Source: Geosiphon pyriformis uo1 (lineage: Eukaryota; Fungi; Glomeromycota). From it: a stretch of DNA of 64,000 bases. This document shows positions 51,681-64,000 of this stretch, piece by piece. The stretch lies in contig JAAOMT010000071.1 of assembly GCA_016748015.1 (NCBI GenBank), positions 62,001-126,000 on the forward strand. The letters are read 5' to 3'. Each line of letters begins with the position of its first letter. Position 1 is the stretch's first letter. The notes under the pieces were generated by a model that saw nothing but the letters and a program-made list of their open reading frames with translations, was not told the DNA's origin and made no database searches. The position numbers were made by a program, and so were the translations under genes.

Positions 51681-53655
51681 CAAAAATTTTTTAATTAAAA
51701 AAGGTTTTAACAGTCATATTTAGAAGATTTGAAACAATTCAAAGCATGAAAACGTATTTTTTTCAAAAGTCCGAACTAAATAATCGAGGCATATAGGAAA
51801 ATCTTAAAACTGCTCTAAGACAACGAAATTTAAACAAAGACCCTCTCAAAAATTATTAGGAATTAAAGAAACTAAATTGAAAATATTTAAAAATTAATGA
51901 AGGGGTTCACCAGTGGAATTAATAATGAGCCTCCTAAAAAGAGTGGTTTTACAAATTGGAAATAAAATTTGAAAAAAGAATATAAATAACTTGTGTTTTT
52001 TACAAGGTAAATACATATTTACCCAGAGGTAATCAATTTATTTAAATGCAAATATCATACTTTTGATTGGGAATAGACAATTCCCAAAGTGCCTTTACTT
52101 CCAAATCAGCATAATTTTTAGGTTTTATTTTAATCTTAAATTATAATTTTAGGCTCCGGCTGAATTCTGAATACAAAAGTGATTATCACATCAAATAGCG
52201 TTATTTTAAGGACAAGAGATTTTCACAAAACTAGTGATTTTTATTTTTAAAATCACTTTATTCTTTCTGTAATACTATAACCCAATATTTTTTTATTCTT
52301 TTTCTCTCTCATAATAATGTTATCTAGAATACAGGTTTCAGGTTTTTCGGGAAAAAGGACGAACAATTACGTTGTGCAATATATTTTTTAATATTGAACC
52401 TAAATATAAATTTAACTATATCTGGGATTTCCAGAATTCGGCGGAGTTAAGGTTTGGGAAATTTCCTTGTGTTTGTTGGTTTTTGGGAAGAAAAGTAAAA
52501 GAACTCCATGGGGTATAACTTTTTTTTAAAAAGATATTTCCAGAAGTTTAAGTCATTTATTTATTTCCAATGTGATTGTTTAAAGTTCATACTAATTTTC
52601 TAAAACTATGAGCTTTTTGAAGCTTAAAAAAAACAAGCCGATTTTAAACACAAAGAATGTTTTAACTTCAAATTGATTAGAAGTTTTTGATGTTCATTCA
52701 AGAGAAATTAATTTAGTATATATAATATCTCCCTGATTGTTATTTACCACCCCTTACTACCACGCCACTGCTTTCCCTAAAAGAAAAATACAAGGACCGG
52801 GAATAATATATCTGGTAATGTTTTTCCTTTTAATAGAAATTCAACGGAAGGAATTCCCATTTAATAGATTTTAATAATGTACAAATTAATTACGTAAGGA
52901 CTGCTATGATAAAAAATTATTTTTATTCGTTTCACTTTTAATCTAAATGTTGCTGTCTACAGGGATCATGTACATTTTCAAAAAAGGATATTTATAGTAT
53001 TTCTCATTGCAGATACTAAAAAAATGTAAAAGATCAAAGGTTTAAATTTATGGCGACTTATTTAATCACGTTCCTTGGATTATACCAAAAAATTTAATCC
53101 TATTCGAGTCTCATTTTGAAAAAAGGTCCTATAAAGAAAATTAAATAAGCCAAAACAAATTTTGGTTTTAAATTAACTTTACCAAATGTCGTGAGAAAAT
53201 TTTGTGTTAATAATAATTCAGAAACTTTGATTTAATTAATGCATTAATTTTTTTCTAGTTGAAAGCTATAGTTTCAAGACTTTTCTCTTTGAAAATAAAT
53301 TATTAAAGAAACATAAAATTGGGTTTGCAAGTTTTTGAACTGAATTTTTTTTTATGCATTTTAATCATCAAGCTTCAAAGAGTTTTGTTCAAGAAATACA
53401 CCCAATTCATAATTTGTTTCATTTAAGAGAAGGCTAAATTTATTATGATGGGCTAAGAAGCTTTGGATTCAATTTTTTCAACTCCTTGGCGTTTGGTAAA
53501 TTATTTCGGCAATATATTCGGTTTTAATCAAACGCTAAATCAGGAAAAAATTCTAAAGGTTTTTAACTATAAAACCTGCTTCCCTTGCTCGTTTCCTAAT
53601 GCAGAGAGAATTCACAAAAACAAAATATGATTTCAATAAATCTCTCAATCCAAAA

Positions 53656-54126
53656 ATGGTTCGTCTAATCCATTTCAATATTATTATTGTTGTTTTGCTA
53701 TCTCTCGCCTTTACCCTTTCTCTATCTGTTTGAACTACGGAACCCATCGGTTATTGCTCCTCCATCAATATAGCAAGTCCTGATCACGAAAATTTAACTC
53801 CTCAAAATACAGACTCTAAAATCCAAGATTCCCAGCCACAACCCGATCAATCCTTAGAAGCTGATCAGAATAAAATTGGAGAATTATACCCAATCAAACG
53901 TAAAATTGCTAGGGTCCGTAAATTCAAGCATTATCGCAGTTTAGAAAAATATCGTCGCTATTATTGCAGAGTTGGTAATTGTTCTGCTAGACAGGGGGTA
54001 GCCGCGATTGGGGACGGTCCTTATTTACAGGAAGCCGATTTAGATGTCAAAGATGCTCAAGAACCTGATAATAGTGGAACTGAACCAGTTTTTGCCTATG
54101 ACGTCAGCTATGATGATAGAGGGTGA
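53656..54126 (+). pseudogene. Intronless small secreted protein / cationic peptide precursor with one in-frame TGA (codon 26)
   Basis: MVRLIHFNIIIVVLLSLAFTLSLSV*TTEPIGYC...ELYPIKRKIARVRKFKHYRSLEKYRRYYCRVGNCSARQG...YDDRG*. 157 codons with a single interruption at 53731-53733. Absent from the ORF track. Confidence 0.7.
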
Positions 54127-55179
54127 GATAGTTGAGCTTCATTTTTTCCTTCAACTTGAAAAATTAAACAAAGATAATTTTTGAACCAATATTTCTATGC
54201 AAGAAAATTTAATTAACTGTAGAGAGGATGAAAAAATATTATTGATACATCTGTTGTAAGTATGAAAACATGAGCTTGACCCAGGTGAAACTAATCTTGA
54301 ATTTTCGGCGTGAAAGGATAATAATTTTCATTATTCAAAAACGTTTGTCTTTATTTCTGGTCAAATTGAGAAAAGTCTTTTTATCATTCTCTTGTGAAAG
54401 ATTTGTTCTATAAATTAGGTATGGATATTTCTCATAATTAAAATTTAGGTCCCAGCGGTTGTGTCGACATTTTTTTGGTCAAGTCTTATACTGCAGTTGG
54501 GATATGAATGAACAATCATATATGCAGGATTTTCTCCTCCGTTATTTTTGCTTATTCCATTACTTTTGGAAAAAAAATTGCAATGGACTCACCTCATTTT
54601 CATGAATTTCAACTTTTTTATTGCTCATCTGGGATCAAGAAATTAATGGAATTTAGTCATTTCGAGTGTTACTCTCTGATCATTTTTGAATAAGAATATG
54701 ATTGGGCGAGAGAGACTTCTGTTGTAATTAATCATTGGGATTGCGTTTTTCAAAAAAAGGTTTATTTCTTTGTTTTCCGGAACGGGGTCATCCGAAATAT
54801 GACGATTTATTTGCTGAAACCAATACAAAATCTTAGGACTAAGAAATTCAAATAAAACAATTTAACATGGAAAATTTTGTTTAAATTTTCAGAACGATAC
54901 GGAAATCCTCGTTAATATTTGTCCTCAAGACTATATTTTCTCATTTGTTTACTTTGGATCTTTTGATATATGTTTTTTTCTGTTTCTCGTAAATTTTCTC
55001 ATGTTTCCCCGGCTAATTTTGTGTTTATCTAAATAATATTTATTTTGAAGTTTCACCATATGATATTTCCAAATAAGCTGATTGGTTTTTTTATGCCACA
55101 TTTAAAACACTTGTGAATGGTATAAGTTAATAATTAAGACTGTGCTTATAATTAAAAATGTGCGTAAGTAACAATTTAT

Positions 55180-55528
55180 TTTGCAAAAAAATATTTTGAA
55201 ATTGAAATTGAAAATAATATTAAATTTGTTGAAAATCTTTAAAACTTTAAAAATCTTATGTTTAATCTTTTTATTTATTTCTGTATTATTTTTATTATTA
55301 TATGGTTTATAAAGTTGTTTGTTTTTTTTACAAATCTGTACTTTATTTATTTTAAATATTTACCAAAATTTAACTTTGTATTATTTTTAAATTATTTTAT
55401 TAATTTATAATAAAAAAGACTTAAAGTAAATACAAATAAGATATTTATAATTAATCATTTTATTGAAATTTGTACAAAATAAAATAAAAATTAATATTTA
55501 TATTGTTATATTTAATATTTTTAATTAG

Positions 55529-55560
<32 letters not shown>

Positions 55561-57260
55561 GTTAAATAATTACTTTTTCTCTTTTGTATTTTCATAACCA
55601 CAGCTAAACCAAAAAATTATGAAGAAACACATTTTTTTATAGTTTCTAATAATTTTAATACTTAAAAAGTTTTCTTAAAAATAAAAACAACCAAATAACA
55701 TTTATCTAAAACACTTCTTTTAAGTATATTAAGCACAAAACAGTTTTTTTGGTCTTGAAAAAAGTTTTTTTTATTAAAGTCTCTTTTAAACAATTAACTA
55801 AAACTAGTTTTAGTGTAGTTATTATCATTATAAAGAAGTTTAAAATTTTTAATAGCAAACTGGAAATTAAGCTATTTTTTTACAATATTTCTTTAAAATT
55901 ATTGTTATTAATTTTTTTAAATATTTGAAATGTTATTTTTTTTAATATTTTTTAAAACTACTTTTAATTTAAAGCCTGTTTTTTGTAAAAAAAAACAAAC
56001 CATTGGTTTTTTTTGATATTTTTGGTGTTTACATTAGTTTTGTTACAACTATATTAATTATAGTATTTAATTTAAATTTGACTGTAAATAATAATTTTTT
56101 TTCTATTTAGTTAATAACAATAACAATATATTTATCAAAGCAAATTCTGATTAACATAGTTAAATTGTTTAATATATTAAATTTTGATTGATTTTTACTA
56201 AATTTAAAAGCAAAACAAATTATATTTTTACATATAATTTTTTTTAATTAATTTATTAAATTACTTGATTTTAAGAATTGAGTTAATTAAATAAAAATTA
56301 AAATACTTCTTTTAGTTTTTTGTAAATATTATTATTTTAATAGTATTTAAAAAACATTAAATAAATAATCTGTATTTTAATATTTGATAAAATTGTTAAG
56401 ATTAAATTGGATATTAAGACAGTGTTTTAATTTTTACATGATTTTTTTGGTTTAAAACTAATTATTAAAACTAACAATAGATTTTTTTTGTATAAAATTT
56501 ATATTTTAATTTTTTTAAATACTATTTTTTAAATTGTATTTGCTAACTTTTTTTTTTATTATTTTTAAAATTGTAAATTTTCTATAATATTTAATTTTGC
56601 TATTATAACTTTATATAATGTTTTATTAAATGTTTTTTTAATAAAATAAAAAAGTTTTAACTGTTTTTGAAAAAATTTTAAGTATTAAGCTAAAGTTTTT
56701 TAATTTGTTATAATATATTATTGTGTATTTTAAATTTTTTAATTTTTTAAAACTAGTTTTACTTATTGGTTAGTTTTAATAATTAAAATTAAATTAATTA
56801 ATTTTTTTTAATTTGAAATTTTTACTTTAATTTTTTTAATTAATAATTTATTTTAGTTTAATTTTTAGTTTCTTAATATTAATTATTATTATTAATTTGC
56901 AATTGTTATTTATGTTTAAAAAAGTTTATAATAAAACAATTATTATAATTAGTTTTTATATAAGAATTATATTTTTTTTAATAATTTTATTAAAAGTATA
57001 TAAATTTAAGATTAAAAAATTGGTTTTTTAGTAAATTTAATTGCTTTTTTTATAATTATTAAAATAAATTTTGTTATAAATATTGAAAATTATTTTGTTT
57101 TTTAAAAACTTAAATCAAATTTATTGCTAATTTAGTTATTATTATACTTAAAAATTCTAATTAATTTAAAATTAATATAAAACTTAAATTTTAAATTATT
57201 AATTATTTATTATAAAAAAATTTATTATATATATATTAAGTATTTTATTAATTAAAAAAT
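55180..57260. repeat. Extremely AT-rich decayed repeat block
   Basis: Very few G/C and no ORFs; abuts the solo LTR and LINE. Confidence 0.55.
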
Positions 57261-57266
57261 TAATAT

Positions 57267-57885
57267 TGTTACGGGTTAGAGTAACAAGCTAACGGATAGC
57301 AAAGGAGAACAGTATTGTATGGTGATGGAAATAAACAAAAAGGGAATTACAATAAGAGAGCAAATTAAATAAGTAGGAATTCAATGTGTGTGATTAGTCT
57401 CATAAAAATCACAGTTGTTAATCTTTTCTTAAATCTGAAGATAGAAAAATAGTCCATGATTGTCAACAAAATAACACCGCTGCTATTATTCTATGCCTCA
57501 ACTTGGCAATTCTTAGAATCAATAACAAGTATCGTTGTGTTTTTCAATTGTTTTTTTATTCAATGAATTACAAGAGCAAGCCAATTGCTTCTCAGGCTAA
57601 TTCTAACAAATACAAATCAAGAAGGGGAAAAGATAAGGTATGTGAATGCCAACAAGTAGATACTTGAAGGTAAGGAAAGAGGAATAAGCAATTATAAGAG
57701 GAAGTAATTGATATTGTTTTATTTCGTTACTTTGATCATGTCTTTCTACAGCTAAGGGAATCATCGCTTATATAGCTATCTAAAGTGGTCAATGATCACT
57801 ATCTAAAAATAGGGTGGCTAATTATATGACATCAGTGGCTAATACATGTGATAACTAATAAAAACTATGGATTTCAACCATAACA
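57267..57885 (-). mobile_element. Solo LTR (619 bp) with 4-bp target-site duplication
   Basis: ATAT|TGTTACGG...CCATAACA|ATAT with 7/8 inverted termini. On the minus strand, TATATAAG (~57770) precedes AATAAA (~57720). Confidence 0.8.
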
Positions 57886-57895
57886 ATATGATAAT

Positions 57896-60800
57896 TTTTT
57901 ATTTTATTTTATTTTATTTTATTTTATTTTAACAAGTAAGATCCAAACACTATCTAGTATAATACATCAACTTAGTAATTTAAACTAGGTGTGAATCATG
58001 CATTTTCCATATATGACCAATCACTCAGGCTAATTAGGACAACACTATGCATCTATATGAACTGAAATTACACTATTTAAATCTGAAAAAAACTAACAAA
58101 AATTATGAAAACCAAAAGTAATACTAAAAGCATCAACAATACTCAACAATTTAACTACATCAGCAGAAAACACTGAAAAAAGTCCAAATACCAAGACTAG
58201 AACAATAAAATTAGTTCATTCTTCTCCATAAAAACTCAGTGTTTGATATGAGCCAACCAAATCTTTTTTCTAAATACAAGACCAAATCTGCACATGAAAT
58301 CCACAACCATCTGACCCATAATTTTAGAATCTTTAAAAATAGAAAGAGATTCTTGATACCAATTATTGAAGATAAACTTCTTGTACAAAGCCACACACAC
58401 TGCAACATTAGAAGAACAGGAACTCAAACACTGTGACACACACAAAACCAAGTGAGACAGACCAGAAATTATTTTCTAATTGGCTGCATAAGTGTCCAAC
58501 AACTGAACACAAACATCAGAATTGAATAAGTAAGAGAAGGTGTAGTTTGAGATCTCAATATCTTCACAAAACAAATATACTACACTCAAATAATTCTTGG
58601 TATACAAATGCTTACAAACAGCAACAGGAAGCCAGTAATGCAAAGTCTTTATAAAATAAGTGTAATCTCCAGCAGTACTCCTACTAGTGAAACCAGAAGC
58701 CAAATGTAAATCAGGATGTCACACCAAAAATGACCTAACTCAATTAATGTCTGTATGCAGAGCATCCACCAAAACTTGAGAATTAGAGCCAACTTCTCAA
58801 CATGCTCAATGGACAGACCGAAATACATCACAAACAAAATATCTAAAATTAGCAGAAACAATGCCACCACTAGTTCTGATATGACATCTAGCAATTTGAT
58901 AAAGGAGATACCAATTAGAGAAGCAAGCAGTCTTTGTGAAAGCATTAGTACACTCATTGCTCAAAACTCCTGAATGATTCTTAAACTTATGTTAACTAAC
59001 TACTAGACTCTTTTTATAAATAACACTCACAATATAACAGCATTCAACCCAACACCAATTCTGAAAATCAGAACACAACAAGCTCAACTCCAATTTACAT
59101 ACATCCAGAACAGACTGACTGTCTGAGAAAATTTGAATTAAACTAAAAGAGGGAACACACTTGAGTACCAAAGTAATAGCTTGTAGCTTGGTTATAGTAG
59201 AGGACACCAACTTAGAAATCTCAACACTCAAGCCCAAACCAATATTCTCAAAGAAAACTGCTGCACCAGTCTTCATGTCAGAAGTTTCCAAACCACTAAG
59301 AGAACTATCTGTATAAACAGAAAAGCAACCAGCATCAACACCCAACAAATGGTCACAAATAACTCCAAAATTATGGAACTTAAGAATGTTCAACAAATTG
59401 ACACTGACCAAAAAAGAGAAACAAATAAAAGGAGAAGGAGCACTATTAAGAAAATGAACAGAAAGCTCAAACCAGTTAGGAATTGGGCCACATGGATCCA
59501 ATCTCTTCCACTGCTTAAATGTTTTCTAATCAAAAACTGCACCAGCACAATTGTGAAGTTGCTTAGCAAAAGCAATCTCATACTATTGAAGCAAAAAGAC
59601 ACATTTAAAAAACTTAAGACCACTAAGAACAAGAGACAGAGGAGTACCATCTCAGAAACAAAAAGTATTAGTTATCAGACCATCCAGAAACAAGTTACAC
59701 TTCAAAAAAATACAGACTACACCAGCTAAAAAATTATTTGACAGGTCAACATTGACATGAAACAGAAAAAATAAAGAATGGTGAGGGTTCTAGCTAAGCA
59801 TTTGCAGATCATGTGATCTATGTGCAAACAAACAATCCAGAATGCCAACTGAATTCGAAAACCAAACAATGGAAACTGACTTGTCCTTAGCTTAAATCTG
59901 TTCAAAAGTCTTTAAATTATACAATGAGAGATGATGAAGTACATCATTGAGAAAGTTACGTGAAAGACCAGATTTGGACTTCAAGCTCTTATGAATTAAA
60001 GTCTTCTACTTTTTACATACACTAATAGAAACAAAACTAAATTGAGACTTATAGCCGACAATTGAGAAAAGAACTGCTAACACCAAATATGAATACTGTT
60101 TATTAGAGATAGTTTTTTTTAACACAAGATTGGCAAAAAAATGAACGTTCACATGAGCCTTAGCCAAACTGGGCTTCAACAAGCTCTCAATAAACAAAAA
60201 ATACCCAGATATTAATAAAACTCCCCTTTTTTAGCAATAAAAATAGGCAGGCCACTAATCAACAAGAAAGAGCATGTAACTCTACAATTAATGAGAATGG
60301 CCACAGTCTTGTTATTGTTAATTGAAATGTCATTGAGCTGAAAAAATTCACTAGCAATGTTGAAAATATACTGAGTAGCAGTTTGGCTACTACTAACTCA
60401 AATTGTATTATTGACAAATGCACCAGCAGCAAGAAAAGATATCAAACCAGCCTAAGATTTTGAGTGACCAGTCCTGACAATGAAATGCAAATTCAACCTA
60501 TACTCACACACATTTTTCTGCCTCTTGACTTCACACAACAGAAGATCATAAAATATGTATCAAAGAAGAGGTAAGAATACCTCCTCTTGGTTCAAACTAT
60601 CATACACCTAATAATCACTTGTCAATCCAAAATTAGTCATAACTCTGTTGACCTGATTATTGTAAATGCTGCCAAAAAATCAAATGAATTTATCACACAT
60701 TTTTATCTTGACCACCCGACAGAATCATAAGTCTTTTACATGTTCTGCAAGACAAGCCAAAGTTTACGGTCTTTCTCCAAAACATCTTTAACAATCACAC

Positions 60801-63800
60801 CAATAGCAAAAATAGAAAATTGTGTCATTGTGCTTTTTAAAACAGAAAAATTATCCCCTCTGAGAACATCAAAAACACTGCATGCTGAAAAAATTCTGTC
60901 TGAAAGAATTTTGGAAAGGATCTTACAAGCTGTTTCAATCAAAGCAATCAGACAAATATTTATGAAAACTCTCTTCCACTTATACAGTTTGGGGATTATT
61001 GACATCCAAGCCTCTTTCCAATACTTGAGAACAGACTTACCATACAAACAAGAATTCAAGAGCACCAAAAACATATCCAAAACTAACTTGTTATAATGTT
61101 TCTATAATTTATTTGAGATGCCAGAAAAATCAGCCACTTTTTCATTAGGCAAATTCAAAATCATACCAAGCATCTTATTGAAACCAATTAGACACATTAC
61201 ATCAGAGAAAGCATCATCAAAAACATACTCCAAAGACTAATATTGGTGACACCAGTTATCAGAAATGTCAGTCATCACTACACACTTTCTAGTCCACCCC
61301 TTCATAATCACATCTATCTTGGTTTTAACCAGGTCAGGATCCAAAACCAATTTGTTATTGACAACCAGGTGATTCAGAGTAACTTTGCAAAAAAGATGCT
61401 CCAATATACTTCTGATAGTATAACTTTTGTTTAGCTCAAAACTTTCTATCCTTTTATTAATCACTAATCTGATTTAAAATCTTTAGTATGCTTTGATTCC
61501 AACAACTTAAAAGAATGATAAGATTTTCTAACTTTAGCCAAAACTGAATAAATAGTGTCAAAATAAAAACTCAAAAAAAAGAAAAACTTTACTACAGATG
61601 CATTAACTGCATCCAAACTGTGCCACTTATCAAGCAAAGATGTAAATTTTTCATTAGAAATCAGACAAGAGGTCTTAACAATTTTAGACACCAAAAACTT
61701 TAGCTTGTGAAACCTAAACAACCCTTTTGTAAAAACACTGTTATAACTCTTGGACCATTTTCTCTTAAAAACCATGTTGGTTGATAAACATACCACCCTA
61801 TAAAGAGTACTCCATATTGCATCCAACTCTGAGTACTTCTTAGACACAAAAAACTCATTATAAAATAAAGCAACATTTGCTGCTGTATCCTTTTTAAACT
61901 TATCTCATCTGATATCATCCATATCTCTATAGTCAAATTTCTAATAATCTCTATTCACCTGTTTGCAAAGGAAGTTCAGCTGCATATTAAACAATCTACT
62001 TAAACTCATTAACATAAAAACAGCCTAATAATCAGTATTAAAAAATTCCCCAACATCAAATACATCATGATCCACTACAGCATTAAACAAGTTTAAGAAA
62101 ATAAACAAGAAGTTAATCGTTTTAGCCATACTTTGAGAGTTAGTTCATGTTGGTATTTTCACATAAAAACTACCACCCAAAGAATTAACCAAACCAAGAT
62201 CTAGACATTTTTTGAAATTGGTACACTTATGGGAGCCATTCTCATTAAAGTTATCACCCAAAACAGTGAATAAGGACTCATTCACAGCTTTAGTAATCAT
62301 AGCATTGATATTACCAGCTTGAAAAAATTAAACTATAGAAGAAGCATTAGCATAGAGTCCCAGAATCGAAACAGAAAGTTTATTTTTGAAGAGTAACTTG
62401 AGAGAGAGGAGCCAACCAAGTATTTCGGAAACTTTACACACATGTTATGCCAAAGAATTGTTCATAATAATTGCAACACCAGAACCCAAATAACCAGAGT
62501 CCACACCAGAAATGAAAACCTGGATATCATCAAACTTACTTATTATTTATGGGTAGATCTTATCTCTTAACTTAGTTTCAGTAACAACAAAAATCAAGTT
62601 GTTTACTCTTTTATACCAACAAATTATATCAGCTTGTTTCACAAGATTGTTCATACCCTTAACATTACATGTGACAATTTTTCAAACCAAACCACTTATT
62701 GAGAATTAGAAGGAGCTAATAAACCCAAGCCAAAACACAAACAATTTAATCTCACCAAAACCAAATTAACTGACACATTTAATGCCACCATTTTAGACTT
62801 CAAATTACCCATCTTGGTGGTTAAAACCTTAGAACCATTAGAGCTGAAACCAGATACATCAACATTAACACCAGTGAGAAAGGAACAGAAGATACTAACA
62901 CACCATCTATGACCATATCCGAATCCAAACCCAGATCCAAAGATGCAGAGACAACAGTAGAAGGAGTAAGAAATAAAGATGCCAAAAACACCAATTCAAT
63001 AAAGCTCAACTTTTTTAAGATACCAGAAACTTGGTCCAATAGAAGTTCCACAAAGCATTCCAAAAAAGCCAAACAGTCATGTAAGTCAGAATTACCAGAA
63101 AGAGCAAGGACTGCAGAAGAGGTCTCAGTACTAGAAAACAAACTAGTACCAGAAGAAAACAGAAAGACTACACATAAAGGAGAGCCACCAACAATTTGGG
63201 CCCAAGTTTTACCACCAAAAAAAACCAGGCAGACAATTGAGGCTTGCTTCTTCTTATATATATTGGCCAAAAAAATCTGATCTTGAACATTTACTACTTG
63301 CCTACTACAAACATCTGAATTCTTGCCCAAAGAACAATTACTTAAAGTGTGACCAAATTGTTTGCACAATATACAGCAGACCAAAGATAGACTAGCCTAA
63401 TGCAAATTTACACTTTTGAAAACTGGAACAGAGCCAATAGCAGCCAATTTAGATGCTTCATTATCAAAACAAATTACAGCACACCTATCATATACATATA
63501 AACTGAGATTACAGTCAATAAAACAAGTTTTTCCATCATATAAATTTAACAAACCTGACAAATCATAAGCAGTAGTGTCAACTAGAAGTGTATACAACAA
63601 AGCCTGATGCTAATCTTTAGATATCCATATTTGTTTATTACCAATAACTTTTGTCACACAAACAAAATATTTTCATAAAAACAGACTATTTAGTTACAAT
63701 CAAATCAGCTATCTTAGATGACTCAAACTCTACCAAAGTTTTTTGTTACAAACCAATCAATTGGATACAATCTTATCAAACTTAGAAAAAACTGACTCAA

Positions 63801-64000
63801 CAGTTAATTTGAAAAAATCAACTGAGATCTCTTTAATGATCACTTCCCAATCTGATTGGCTGTTTACTTTCCTAAAATTATTATTAACAAAAATTTTTTC
63901 TCTAATTGTCATTTCTCTAGCCTTTTTTAAACTCATTTCAGATGTAAATAATGATCTAATGATTCCTGAAAATTTTAAGAGAGTGGAAGCCCTCCCAAAA
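57896..64000 (-). mobile_element. Decayed non-LTR retrotransposon (LINE): ORF1 with CCHC knuckle; ORF2 with APE endonuclease, RT, RNase H; (AAAAT)n tail; 5' end beyond the window
   Basis: CILCKQFGHTLSNC (~63340-63380); APE KIVTCNVKG...VTETKL...GSGVAII (~62690-62460); RT WKEAWMSIIPK...IALIETACKILSKI...LWLVLQNM (~61080-60740); RNase H VYTDSS...LQAI...FSDSQ (~59320-59110); tail 57896-57930. Many stops. Confidence 0.93.

Noticed and set aside
57987-58050. Hammerhead-like CTGAGTGA in the LINE 3'UTR (minus strand)
   Set aside because: The core does not match CUGANGA and the required stems are absent.
58239-63280. + strand ORFs within the LINE
   Set aside because: Antisense shadows of the decayed element.

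Overview
AT-rich, intron-containing fungal genomic DNA. The gene families (TKL kinases with Sel1 repeats, GHG-type class-3 lipase-like genes, an RNase H-bearing LINE) point to Glomeromycotina. The LINE protein resembles elements I recall from Geosiphon pyriformis, but that is unverified. Eight intact spliced genes were rebuilt by hand from GT-AG junctions: an MLKL-like four-helix-bundle + pseudokinase + Sel1 protein, a flavin monooxygenase, a class-3 lipase-like protein lacking the canonical Ser, a Sel1-repeat protein, two divergently oriented Ilt1-like PQ-loop paralogs, a secreted/GPI-like surface protein, and a compact VelB-type velvet protein. Pseudogenes include a TKL kinase, Sel1, lipase, methyltransferase-like and His-brace LPMO-like copies. 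There is also a secreted cationic-peptide precursor with one in-frame TGA. Mobile DNA includes three Tc1/mariner relics, MITE candidates, a solo LTR, a long decayed LINE with related 3' ends, and several extremely AT-rich decayed-repeat blocks. The best candidate for a new system is the MLKL-like executioner-pseudokinase-Sel1 fusion and its neighbourhood. All domain calls are motif recognition by eye; no searches were run.
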